The notes under the pieces: generated by a model
Databases searched by the model: none
Told to the model about the DNA's origin: nothing
The model's input: only the letters and a program-made list of their open reading frames with translations
Made by a program: the position numbers and the translations under genes
NCBI GenBank assembly: GCA_040219255.1
Contig: JAVJSW010000034.1
Location: forward strand, 1-39,945
Length of the DNA stretch: 39,945 bases
Direction: 5' to 3'
DNA from: Sumerlaeia bacterium
GTDB taxonomy: Bacteria; Sumerlaeota; Sumerlaeia; SLMS01; JAHLLQ01
Part shown: positions 24,714-34,091 of the stretch, in pieces
Layout: every line of letters begins with the position of its first letter
Position numbering within the stretch: position 1 is the first letter of the stretch

Positions 24714-25847
24714 CTAATTCCGTCCGCGCCTGAACCCTGAGATCAGATGGGCGAGCCCGGCCCGCGGGCTTTCCCAGCGGGCGCCGATCTGCACCGCCAG
24801 CTCGGGCCGGAACTTCTTCTTGAACTGAGCCACGGCCGGCGTGTTCGCCCCCACCCAATCGTACACGCGGGGCCAATCGCGCCGGTCGATTTCCCCCAGC
24901 GACGCGAAATGCAGCAGCGTCGGTGCGCCGGTCCCCAGCGCCTCCGGATCCGAAGCCCCCGCCAGATAATAGCACCGATGGGCGTCGCGCGCGAACAGCC
25001 CGGCGGCCTGCGGCGGTTCGTTCTCCCGGCCCACTTCCGCAACGAACCCAAGTTCCTCGTTCATCAACCGGCCCAACCGTTCCAGCTCCGCCCCCTGGCC
25101 GGGATCGAGGCCCTGGCGGGGGGCGTTCTTGCGCCAGAGTTTCAGTAGTCCTCCGGCCTCGCCCGGCGCCAGGATTCTGGCGGCGAGTCCCTCGCGCTCG
25201 GCCTTCGCCGCTTGGCGCCGCACGGCGTTCTCGAACTGATCCGCCCACGTTCCCTCGCTCGCCCAACGCGTCAGATACGTGTACTGCGGACGCAAAGCCC
25301 ACCCCGCCCAAGCCAGGCCCCGCCCATCCATCACCTCCGGCGAAAACGCGCAATCGACCCGATGCACGCCCGGCGGAATGGCGCCGGCCACCGCGCCCAG
25401 CGCATCGCGCCAGAAACTCTCTTGCTTGGCGGGGGAAAGCTCATGCACATCCCGCGACACCACCGGCCCGCCAAACGGCATGAACGCCGGCGTGAGCCAT
25501 TCCGTCAGGAACCGCCGGCGCCGCACCCGAAAGATCATCGTCAGTACAAGCCGTTCACCGTCGAACACCCCAAGAATCGGCGCGCCGGGGCTGGAAATTC
25601 CCGACAGCCCCGGGTGCTGGGGCAGCCATTGGGGGCTGGCCTGCCAGTGATCGATCAGGCGCGTCACGTCGGTCGGCTGGAGCGGGCGGGCTTCGAGTTG
25701 GGCCAAGAGGACGTCGCTTCCGGAAGAGGGTTCGGCCGCGCTCGCGTCTGCTCGGCGGCTTGCGGACTTCCAGGCTAGGCGGCGCCAAGCGCCCGTCGGC
25801 AAGGCGAGATTGGCGGGCGACAGAAGCGAAGTTCCCCCGGCACGCAT
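24714..25847 (-). CDS. GNAT-family (FemAB/Acetyltransf_6-like) acyltransferase; start uncertain
   Basis: PFGGPV, VRRQAAKAEREGL, CYYLAGAS, GAPTLLHFA, YDWVGANTPAVAQFKKKF. Confidence 0.8.
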   Translation of the reverse strand: MRAGGTSLLSPANLALPTGAWRRLAWKSASRRADASAAEPSSGSDVLLAQLEARPLQPTDVTRLIDHWQASPQWLPQHPGLSGISSPGAPILGVFDGERLVLTMIFRVRRRRFLTEWLTPAFMPFGGPVVSRDVHELSPAKQESFWRDALGAVAGAIPPGVHRVDCAFSPEVMDGRGLAWAGWALRPQYTYLTRWASEGTWADQFENAVRRQAAKAEREGLAARILAPGEAGGLLKLWRKNAPRQGLDPGQGAELERLGRLMNEELGFVAEVGRENEPPQAAGLFARDAHRCYYLAGASDPEALGTGAPTLLHFASLGEIDRRDWPRVYDWVGANTPAVAQFKKKFRPELAVQIGARWESPRAGLAHLISGFRRGRN

Positions 25848-26258
25848 GGCAACTCTTCTTATGCCAACCTTCTCTGTTCTCTCGCTGTCTCTCCGGTGAT
25901 TTCAGACAGAAGAAAGCCCGCCCTCCGGCGTCATGATGTCGCAGGCTCGTGCGTCGAAATGCTCGGGTTTTGTCCGCGCCAAACCTTTTCTTGGAGGTCC
26001 GGAGTCGTCTTGGGTGAGGATTCGCCGGGGTTTCGCTCTCCGAATCGTCACTCAAGCCTTGATTTTTCGGGGTTTTTGGTGAAGACACGGCTCGGTTCGG
26101 CGGCCCGGTATAATCCTTGTTGCATGCTACTCGGCAGCCGGTGGCGGCTACTCCTCCCTGGCTTTGTCCCCGGGAGGACTTCCGAACCGAATGGACCCCG
26201 GGATTTTTGGGCCCGGGGCATTTCCCGCCCGCGCCGATCGAGGAGAGGGACCGACCCT

Positions 26259-27917
26259 ATGAAGACCAAACCCATCGCCGATTTCCAAGCCCGGAGCCAG
26301 ACCGTGCGCAAGGAATCGACTCTGTTGAAGATGACCCTGGCACCGCTCGCCCTCGTGGCGGCGGCGCTGTTCATTGCCCCCGCCGTCCCCGTGGCGGCGC
26401 AATCCACCGACACTGTGCTGACGCCGCGCACGTTTATCAACGTCGCCCGCGACGTCCTGCCCGCCGTCGTCAGCATCCACGTGGACATCCCCCCGAGTCA
26501 GGAACTGCTCGACCAGAACGGCTCCACCAGCCGTGAAGAATTCCTCCGCCGTTTCATGCTCGATCCGGACGAGGACATCATGCGGCGCTTCGACGCGGAG
26601 GACTTCGGGTACACCGGCGCCGGCTCCGGCGTGATCGTCGATAAGCGCGACGGTTGGGCCTACGTGGTCACGAACAACCACGTTCTGGAAAGCAGCGAGC
26701 GGGTCCGCTACACCATCACTCTCGACTCGTCCTACAACGAGCGCGCCCGCGTCGAAGTGCAAGGCGACGACGTGGAAATCGTGGGCACCGATCCGTTGAC
26801 GGATCTCGCGGTGCTGCGGTTTCGCGAACCGGCGGGACTCGATCTGAAAACGAGCGCATTCGCCGACAGCAACACCATCGAAATCGGCGAATGGGTCCTG
26901 GCTCTCGGCAATCCCCTTGAACTCAACAACAGCGTGAGCCAGGGCATCGTTTCGGGCAAGAACCGCGTCATCAACAAGACGGCCATCGAGAACCTGATCC
27001 AGACCACGGCAGTCATCAATCCGGGCAATTCCGGCGGACCGCTGGTGAACCTGGATGGCAAGATCATCGGCATCAACAACGCCATCGCCACCACGACAGG
27101 CCGCTGGGCCGGCGTGGGCTTTGCCATCCCCGGCAACGAAGCCGCCCGCATCAGCCAGATGCTGATCGACAATGGCCGCGTGACCCGCGGGTACCTGGGC
27201 ATCACGATGCAGGATTTGTCGAGTTCCCTGGCGGACGCCATGGGGCTGGACCAGAACGAGGGCGTTCTGATCGCTCAGATCCAGCCAGGCAGCCCGGCGG
27301 AAAAATCCGGCTTTGAAATCGGCGACATCGTGACCCATGTGGAAGACCAGCCGGTCAGCGACATGAAGGGCCTGCTGCGCGCCATCGGGGGCAAGAACGC
27401 CAACGAAACCGTCAACATCCAGATCAAACGCTTCGCCGACAACAGCGACCTGGAGAAGAAATCCTACGCCGTGACCCTGATGGAGCGACCCAGCGAGGAA
27501 GAGCTGCGCAAGTTCCAGAACGAAGTGGAGCAGGAGCAGATGAAAGCGTTCGGCGAAAAGCTCCGCGAGCAGCTCGGCATGATCCAGGACGGGGAGAGTC
27601 CCCAGTCCGGCGAAACGAGCCTTCTCCTGGTGGAGAACGACCCCATCGAATTGCTGGGCCTGGATGTGACCCCAACCGATTCGGGAGGCGTCAAGGGCAT
27701 GCGCGTCGAGGGCGTGGAGCGTGAAAGCAAAGCCTGGCAGGCGGGCCTGCGCCCCGGCGCCATCATCCTGCGCGTCAACGGCGAGCGCGCCACCAGCCGC
27801 AAGGCCATGGAAGACGCCCTGGGCAAGATCGAAGAGGGCAAGAAGCACGTCGTGCTGTTCCGCTTCGCCAACCGCAACACCTTCATCACGATGGATCAGG
27901 CCGAGGACGACGAATAG
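26259..27917 (+). CDS. htrA: HtrA/DegP-family serine protease with two PDZ domains
   Basis: AGGAG RBS, signal/TM segment, triad motifs TNNHV, DLAVL and INPGNSGGPL, RGYLGI and GSPAEKSG (PDZ1), LLGLDV and AWQAGLRPG (PDZ2). Confidence 0.93.
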   Translation: MKTKPIADFQARSQTVRKESTLLKMTLAPLALVAAALFIAPAVPVAAQSTDTVLTPRTFINVARDVLPAVVSIHVDIPPSQELLDQNGSTSREEFLRRFMLDPDEDIMRRFDAEDFGYTGAGSGVIVDKRDGWAYVVTNNHVLESSERVRYTITLDSSYNERARVEVQGDDVEIVGTDPLTDLAVLRFREPAGLDLKTSAFADSNTIEIGEWVLALGNPLELNNSVSQGIVSGKNRVINKTAIENLIQTTAVINPGNSGGPLVNLDGKIIGINNAIATTTGRWAGVGFAIPGNEAARISQMLIDNGRVTRGYLGITMQDLSSSLADAMGLDQNEGVLIAQIQPGSPAEKSGFEIGDIVTHVEDQPVSDMKGLLRAIGGKNANETVNIQIKRFADNSDLEKKSYAVTLMERPSEEELRKFQNEVEQEQMKAFGEKLREQLGMIQDGESPQSGETSLLLVENDPIELLGLDVTPTDSGGVKGMRVEGVERESKAWQAGLRPGAIILRVNGERATSRKAMEDALGKIEEGKKHVVLFRFANRNTFITMDQAEDDE

Positions 27918-28022
27918 GCGGGGCGGTGACGGATTGACCCTTGTGGCCTCGCCGCTGGCAGGGGTCAGTTCGTAAGCCCTCGCTTCGGCCTCAAACTCAA
28001 ACAACCCTTTCAGGACCGGTTT

Positions 28023-29072
28023 ATGACGACGACCGCAGAAGATATCTCCGCGATCAAAGAAACGATTCAGGAAAAAAGCGCCTTTGTCGAGACTCTGGAA
28101 AATGAAATCGGCAAGGTCGTCATCGGCCAGCGGCACCTGGTGGACCGCCTGCTGATGGCGTTGATCTGCAACGGCCACGTGCTCCTCGAAGGCATGCCCG
28201 GTCTGGCGAAGACGCTAACCTGCAAGTCGCTGTCCTCGGCCATCGCCGCCAAATTCCAGCGCATCCAGTTCACGCCCGATCTGCTGCCCGCCGATCTGGT
28301 CGGCACGCTGATTTACAACGTGAAGGACCAGACCTTCGAGCCGCGCAAGGGACCGATCTTCGCCAACTTCGTCCTCGCCGATGAAATCAACCGCGCGCCC
28401 GCCAAGGTCCAGAGCGCCCTCCTGGAAGCGATGCAGGAACGCCAGGTCACCATCGGCGACACGACCTATCCGCTCGACGATCCGTTCATCGTCCTGGCGA
28501 CGCAGAACCCCATCGAGCAAGAAGGCACCTATCCCCTGCCGGAGGCGCAGGTGGACCGGTTTCTGTTCAAGGTAAAGGTCGGCTATCCGGGCCGCGAGGA
28601 AGAGCGCTCGGTGCTCGACCGCCACGCCTTCGCCGATCCGCTCCGCGAGAAGGAAAACGAGTCGATCCAGCAGGTCGTCACGCTGGATTCGATCCGCGAC
28701 GCCCGCAGGGCGGTGGACCTGATCTACATGGACGAGAAGGTGAAGCACTACATTCTCGACCTGGTGGCGGCGACGCGGACGCCGGAGATCTTCAACGTGC
28801 GTTTCCGCGGCCACGGCGGCAACGGAGCCAAGCCGGTCCTGGAGAAAGTCATTCAGGTCGGCGGCAGCCCCCGCGCCACGCTGGCTCTGGCCATCGCAGC
28901 CAAGGCCAACGCTTTCCTCAAGCACCGCGCCCACGTCACCCCCGACGACGTCAAAGCCATCGGCCCGGACGTCCTACGCCACCGCATCATTCTGACCTAC
29001 GAGGCGGAAGCGGAAGAACTGACCACGGACGATGTGGTGCGGCAAATCTTCGATCAGGTGGAGGTGCCGTAA
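28023..29072 (+). CDS. moxR: MoxR-family AAA+ ATPase
   Basis: LLEGMPGLAKT, RIQFTPDLLPAD, LADEINRAPAKVQSALLEAM, ATQNPIEQEGTYPLPEAQVDRF. Confidence 0.95.
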   Translation: MTTTAEDISAIKETIQEKSAFVETLENEIGKVVIGQRHLVDRLLMALICNGHVLLEGMPGLAKTLTCKSLSSAIAAKFQRIQFTPDLLPADLVGTLIYNVKDQTFEPRKGPIFANFVLADEINRAPAKVQSALLEAMQERQVTIGDTTYPLDDPFIVLATQNPIEQEGTYPLPEAQVDRFLFKVKVGYPGREEERSVLDRHAFADPLREKENESIQQVVTLDSIRDARRAVDLIYMDEKVKHYILDLVAATRTPEIFNVRFRGHGGNGAKPVLEKVIQVGGSPRATLALAIAAKANAFLKHRAHVTPDDVKAIGPDVLRHRIILTYEAEAEELTTDDVVRQIFDQVEVP

Positions 29073-29076
29073 GGCG

Positions 29077-29160
29077 GTGCGAAGTTCCCCGTTCGAAGTT
29101 CAAGGCGGTTGGCTACGGCGCGATTCGCGGACTTCGAACCTTGAACTTTGTCCTTTGCAC
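29077..29160. repeat. Heptamer-periodic inverted repeat element between moxR and DUF58
   Basis: gtgcgaag...gttcgaagttcaagg on the left pairs with acttcgaaccttgaactt...ctttgcac on the right. Confidence 0.65.
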
Positions 29161-29168
29161 GGTTCGTT

Positions 29169-30059
29169 ATGCCCATCCCTGAACTCCTGGAATCCGCCTC
29201 CGACGTCCGCCGACTTGAAATCATGACGCGGCGCATCGTGAACGAAGTGTTCGCGGGCGAGTACCATAGTGCCTTTCGCGGCCAGGGCATGAACTTCTCC
29301 GAGGTGCGCGAGTACCAGCCGGGCGATGATATCCGCTCCATCGACTGGAACGTGACGGCCCGCACGAATGTGCCGCACATCAAACGCTATGTGGAAGAAC
29401 GCGAGCTGACCGTGATGTTCGCCGTGGACGTCAGCGGCTCGACGCTGTTCGGCTCGCAGCCGCGGCGGAAACGTTCGCTGGCCGCGATCATCACCGCGAT
29501 TCTGGCCTTCAGCGCTATCCGCAACAACGACCGTGTCGGGCTGATGTTGTTCAGCGACCGCGTCGAGAAATACCTCCAGCCCCGCAAGGGCCGTCTCCAT
29601 GGGCTGCGCGTCATTACCGAACTGCTCGACGAACCGGAAGGCAAAGGCACCGACATCGTCGGAGCCCTTCAGATGCTCAATCGGCTTCAGCGCCGGCGCG
29701 CCGTCGTGTTCCTGATTTCCGATTTCCAGTCGCCCAACATCCGGCGGTCGCTGGCGATCACCAATGGGCGGCACGACCTGATCGCGATCAGCATCACCGA
29801 CCCGCGCGAGTTGGAAGTCCCCAACGTGGGGGTGATCGAGCTGGAGGACGCGGAATCGGGCGAGCGGGCCTTGATCGACACCAGCAGCCGGGGCGTCCGC
29901 AATCGACTGAACGCGGCCCTGATTCAGCGCAAACACGAGACGGCGAACCTGCTGCGGCATCTGCAAATCGATCACATCGCGCTGCGCACGGATCAGGATT
30001 TCGCCAAACCCGTCGCCGATTTTTTCCAACGCCGCGCCGCGAGGTTGAGCCATGAATAA
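29169..30059 (+). CDS. DUF58 family protein (MoxR-associated, VWA-like)
   Basis: GEYHSAFRGQGMNFSEVREYQPGDDIRSIDWNVTAR, YVEERE, DVSGS, ISDF. Confidence 0.93.
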   Translation: MPIPELLESASDVRRLEIMTRRIVNEVFAGEYHSAFRGQGMNFSEVREYQPGDDIRSIDWNVTARTNVPHIKRYVEERELTVMFAVDVSGSTLFGSQPRRKRSLAAIITAILAFSAIRNNDRVGLMLFSDRVEKYLQPRKGRLHGLRVITELLDEPEGKGTDIVGALQMLNRLQRRRAVVFLISDFQSPNIRRSLAITNGRHDLIAISITDPRELEVPNVGVIELEDAESGERALIDTSSRGVRNRLNAALIQRKHETANLLRHLQIDHIALRTDQDFAKPVADFFQRRAARLSHE

Positions 30060-31089
30060 GTTCCTCGCCCGATTCATTGCCCGGGGCCTCGTGGCCATTG
30101 CGCTCATGCTCGGAATTCCATGCGCCGCGCTGGCCCAGACGATGTACACGCAGACGCACAGCGGCATCGAATTGCCCAAAGCCACCGTGGAAATCCAGGC
30201 CCAGGGCACTCCGGAAATCGGATCGCCGGTGGAAGTGCGGCTGACGCTTCCGGATAAGCTCGCGCAGTTGGACGTAACCAACCTCTCCGTCCGTCCGACG
30301 GCGGTCGATACCGCCAAGATTCGCTTCGATGAAGAATACATCGTCAAGGGCAACGGCTCCTATACGTTGCGTGGCCGGTTCCTGTCGGAAGGCGAGTTGC
30401 AGCTCGAGCCCTTGACGGTTCGAGGCAGCACCGAGTCCGGCGGCCAATTTGAAATCGAAACCAATCCGGTTACCATCCAGGTCGCGACCCTCGGTGACGC
30501 GCCGGAGAACCCGGCGGATTACACCGCGACGATGGAGCCGCCGCCGAATTACCTGAGGTGGGCGCTGACGGCCGGCGGGGTACTAGCGGCGCTGGCCGTC
30601 TTGGCAGCGCTGCTTCTTTGGGCTGCGAAAAGGCGAGGCCGCTCCGCCGTGCCTCAGGAAGCCCCCGCCCCCCCTCCGCTGGACGAAGCCTGGGCGGCGG
30701 TGCGGGCGCTGGCGAAGATGGAAACCTACGACACCCGAGGTGCGAAGGTTCACTTCACGAGCCTCTCGCACATCGTGCGGCGCTATTGCGAACGGCAGTT
30801 CAAGTTCCCCGCCATGGAAATGAGCGAGGAAGCGGTCATCGAATACGGGCGGCGCTATCTGGCTCAGCGGACCGCCATCAAGACGCTGGCACCGGTGATG
30901 GAAAACGCAAGCCTGGTCAAGTACGCGCAGGCCCGCCCCAGCCGCGAGGAAGCGGAAGAGTCGGTGCGTCTGGTGACACGGTTCCTGGAGTCGGAGGAGG
31001 CGCGCCTGGAGCGCGAATGGCAGCAGGCCCGCGCGGAAGAAATGCGCCGCACCCGTCAACAAACCAACGGATCGAAGGAGGCCGCGTAA
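30052..31089 (+). CDS. Bat-operon membrane protein (BatD-like Ig domain, TM and cytoplasmic tail)
   Basis: Signal peptide, Ig-like region, TM, and FTSLSHIVRRYCERQFKFPAMEMS...LVKYA tail typical of the gene between DUF58 and batA. Confidence 0.75.
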   Translation: MNKFLARFIARGLVAIALMLGIPCAALAQTMYTQTHSGIELPKATVEIQAQGTPEIGSPVEVRLTLPDKLAQLDVTNLSVRPTAVDTAKIRFDEEYIVKGNGSYTLRGRFLSEGELQLEPLTVRGSTESGGQFEIETNPVTIQVATLGDAPENPADYTATMEPPPNYLRWALTAGGVLAALAVLAALLLWAAKRRGRSAVPQEAPAPPPLDEAWAAVRALAKMETYDTRGAKVHFTSLSHIVRRYCERQFKFPAMEMSEEAVIEYGRRYLAQRTAIKTLAPVMENASLVKYAQARPSREEAEESVRLVTRFLESEEARLEREWQQARAEEMRRTRQQTNGSKEAA

Positions 31090-31096
31090 GCGACCT

Positions 31097-32065
31097 ATGG
31101 GGAGTGTACTGGAATGGCGATTTTTGCACCCGTGGTTTTTGGTGCTGCTGCCGCTGCCGCTGATTTGGCTGTGGTGGCATCTGCGCACGGGGGCTAAGCG
31201 GCGGCCGGCGATGGCGTTCAGCGGCCTCGAGCCTTTTCGCGGCGCCGGACAATCGATGAAGACCCGTGCGCTGAAATGGATGCCGTGGGTGCGCACGCTG
31301 GTGCTGATGCTGGGCATCGTGGCGCTGGCCCGGCCCCAGTACGGCCAGGTCGAGCGCCGCGTCGCCGCACGAGGCATTGACATCTCGCTCGCCATCGACG
31401 TGTCCGGCAGCATGGTGGACAATAATGACCGGGGCCTCTTCCTGCCTAACCGCATGGAAGTGGCCAAGGAAGTGGTCCAGGACTTCGTGAGCGGCCGCGA
31501 GAACGACCGGCTCAGCATCGTGCTCTTCGCCAAGACCGCGGCGGTCCTCGTCCCGCCGACCTTCGACCGCATGGTGGTGGCGAACTTCGTGAGCAATATC
31601 CGGCAGAACTTCCTCGATGGCAGCAACACCGCCATCGGCATGGGGCTGGCCCTGGCGGTCGAGCGCCTGAAGGACAGCGAGGCCTCGAGCCGCATTGTCA
31701 TTCTGCTGACCGACGGCCAGAACAACGCCGGCACCATCGCGCCGCTGCAGGCCGCGGAAGCCGCCAAGGCTCTCGACATCCGCGTGTACACCATCGGCAT
31801 GGGCGCCCCGGGGGCCGAGCAGGGCCTGGACGAAGGCACGCTCCAGGAAATCGCCAACACGACCGGCGGAAAGTACTACCGCGCCACCAGCGAAGACGTG
31901 CTGATGCGCATCTATAACACGATCGACGAACTGGAAAAGACGGAAATCGAAGTCAGCGAATATGCCGATTACGAAGAACGCTTCGCCATGCTCTGGTATC
32001 CCGCGTTGATTCTGCTCGGGTTGGAAGTGCTGCTTCGGGCGTTTTGGATCGGGAGGCTGCCATGA
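31097..32065 (+). CDS. batA: BatA VWA-domain protein
   Basis: FLHPWFLVLL N-terminus, ALARPQ, MIDAS DVSGS, TAIGMGLALAV, LLTDGQNNAG, YTIGMG. Confidence 0.9.
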   Translation: MGSVLEWRFLHPWFLVLLPLPLIWLWWHLRTGAKRRPAMAFSGLEPFRGAGQSMKTRALKWMPWVRTLVLMLGIVALARPQYGQVERRVAARGIDISLAIDVSGSMVDNNDRGLFLPNRMEVAKEVVQDFVSGRENDRLSIVLFAKTAAVLVPPTFDRMVVANFVSNIRQNFLDGSNTAIGMGLALAVERLKDSEASSRIVILLTDGQNNAGTIAPLQAAEAAKALDIRVYTIGMGAPGAEQGLDEGTLQEIANTTGGKYYRATSEDVLMRIYNTIDELEKTEIEVSEYADYEERFAMLWYPALILLGLEVLLRAFWIGRLP

Positions 32066-33123
32066 GTTTCCTCTACCCCGACCTCCTCTTTCTGCTGCTC
32101 GGGCTGCCGGTTTTCGGCATCCTGTGGTATCTGGCGCAGGCCCATCGCCGGCGCCGGCTCAAGCGCTTCGCTGACCCCTCGACCTGGGGCGTTCTGGCGC
32201 CGGGCGTTTCGGGGACGAAGCGTTCGTGGAAGAGCGGCCTGCTGCTGGCGGCGCTGGCGCTGTCGATCGTCGCGGCGTCGCGGCCGCTGCTGGGCACGCG
32301 CGAACGCGACGTCCAGGCCCGCGGCCTCGACATCGTGCTCGCCATCGATGTGTCGCGGTCGATGCTGGCCGAGGACGTTCCGGAAACCGCCACTGGCGGC
32401 GGCGCGGCCGACACGACACGCCTGGCGCAGGCCAAGCGCACGCTGCGCCAATTGCTGGCGGCGTTCCCGGGTCAACGCTTCAGCGTCCTGCCTTTCGCCG
32501 GTGACGCCTTTGTGCGGACGCCGCTGACGAGCGATTACGGGATCGCGCTGCGGACCTTGATGGACTTGGACCCGGGCGTCATTCAATCGCAGGGCACCGA
32601 CATTGGCCGCGCCATCCAGGTCGCGACTCAGGCCTTCAAGGAAGGCGGAGCGGGCAGCCATGTGCTGGTCTTGGTCACCGACGGCGAAGACCACGGCGAG
32701 AACGCACTGGAGCAGGCGCAGCTCGCCGCCGAAGCGGGCGTGCGCATTTACACCCTGGGCATCGGCAGCGCGGAGGGCGGCACCATCGAAATCGTGGAGC
32801 GTGATCCGCGCGGAGCCGTGGCCCGCGAAACCCGGGTGCAGACCCGGCTGGACGTGGAAACGCTGGCGGCGGTGGCGGAAGCCACCGGCGGCGCCACCTT
32901 CGTCGCGCCCTCGGGCAAGAGCCTGGACGTGCGCGCCCTGATCGGCGAACTGGAAGAGCTACAAACCGCCGAGTATTCCGAGGCGCGCCGCGTCATTCGG
33001 GAAGAACGCTTTCAATGGCCGCTGGCGCTCGCCATCGCGCTCCTCCTGGTTGAGGGGCTTCTGGGCGAGCAACGCGGCACCGTGCGGGGCAAACGAGCCG
33101 CCGCGAAGGAGAAAACCGCATGA
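32062..33123 (+). CDS. batB: BatB VWA-domain protein
   Basis: ATGA overlap. FLYPDLLFLL, DVSRSMLAED, FAGDAFVRTPLTSDY, TDGEDH, ERFQWPL. Confidence 0.9.
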   Translation: MSFLYPDLLFLLLGLPVFGILWYLAQAHRRRRLKRFADPSTWGVLAPGVSGTKRSWKSGLLLAALALSIVAASRPLLGTRERDVQARGLDIVLAIDVSRSMLAEDVPETATGGGAADTTRLAQAKRTLRQLLAAFPGQRFSVLPFAGDAFVRTPLTSDYGIALRTLMDLDPGVIQSQGTDIGRAIQVATQAFKEGGAGSHVLVLVTDGEDHGENALEQAQLAAEAGVRIYTLGIGSAEGGTIEIVERDPRGAVARETRVQTRLDVETLAAVAEATGGATFVAPSGKSLDVRALIGELEELQTAEYSEARRVIREERFQWPLALAIALLLVEGLLGEQRGTVRGKRAAAKEKTA

Positions 33124-34085
33124 CAAAGAAACGCTCGCATTTGGGGTTCTTGCTGGCGGCGGCGCTGGCGCTTCCCGGTTCGTCATTCGCCATTGGCGCG
33201 GCGGCCCGCGAACTGGTGAACGAAGGGCTGGAGGCCTACCACTCGGCCAACTTCGAAGAAGCCATCACGAAATTCCGCGACGCCAAGTTTTCCGACCCGG
33301 AAGCCCTCGCGCCCCGCGTGAACCTCGGCCTGGCCTACGCCCGAGCCGGACAGTTCAACGAAGCGGCGGAGGCTTTCGACCAATTGGCCGAGGACGAAGA
33401 CGCGGAAACATTCCGGCCGCTGGCCTCTTATAACCGCGGGCGGGCGCTGCTCGACGAAGCGCGCTCGGCCATCGAGGCGGACGAGGCGGCGGGGCTGACC
33501 GGCGAGGACTACGAGAAGGCTCTGCAAGCGGCCATCGACAGCCTGGACGCCTTCGACGCGACCTTGGCGGACCGGCCGGATTTCGAGCACGCCAAGACCA
33601 ATCGGCGACTGGCCCAGAAGGCCATCAAGGAACTGGCGGAGATCCTGGCGCAAACCCCTCCCGAGTCCCAGGAACAGCAGCAGCAAGAACAAGAGCAACA
33701 GGACCAGGAACAGCAGGATCAAGAGCAGCAGGATCAGCAGAACCAGGACCAACAACAACAGCAAGACCAGCAGCAACAGGACGGCGAGGACGGCGAGCAG
33801 CAGCAGGATCAGGAGGGCGAACCTCAGGACCAGCAGCAGGAGCCCCAGGACGGTCAGCAAGATCAAGAACAGCAGGATCAGCAGCAAGACGGCGAAGCCC
33901 AAGATCCACAACAGCAGGATCAGCAGCAAGAACCTCAACCGGGTGAAGGCCAACCGGTTCAGCCCCGCGACGGCATGACGGAAGAAGAAGCGCGGGCGCT
34001 GTTGGAGTTGGCGGAGGACGGCGAGTTGATGCTGCCGATTCGCCTGGCTCCGCTGCCACCGGACCCGAATCGGAAGGAATGGTGA
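33120..34085 (+). CDS. batC: BatC-like TPR protein with a Gln/Asp-rich low-complexity linker
   Basis: Signal peptide, TPRs (NLGLAYARAGQFNEA, YNRGRAL), Q-rich tract at about 33667-33940, MTEEEARALL and terminal KEW. Confidence 0.85.
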   Translation: MTKKRSHLGFLLAAALALPGSSFAIGAAARELVNEGLEAYHSANFEEAITKFRDAKFSDPEALAPRVNLGLAYARAGQFNEAAEAFDQLAEDEDAETFRPLASYNRGRALLDEARSAIEADEAAGLTGEDYEKALQAAIDSLDAFDATLADRPDFEHAKTNRRLAQKAIKELAEILAQTPPESQEQQQQEQEQQDQEQQDQEQQDQQNQDQQQQQDQQQQDGEDGEQQQDQEGEPQDQQQEPQDGQQDQEQQDQQQDGEAQDPQQQDQQQEPQPGEGQPVQPRDGMTEEEARALLELAEDGELMLPIRLAPLPPDPNRKEW

Positions 34086-34091
34086 GACGCC

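Noticed and set aside
25896-26258. Long N-terminal extension of htrA, or an ncRNA in its leader
   Set aside because: A good RBS precedes ATG 26259. The leader has a TATAAT (26109) and two GC hairpins but no clear -35 or recognisable RNA family.
33667-33940. Gln/Asp-rich repeat in the TPR protein as a novelty
   Set aside because: Low-complexity Q/D/K linkers are a usual feature of BatC-type proteins.
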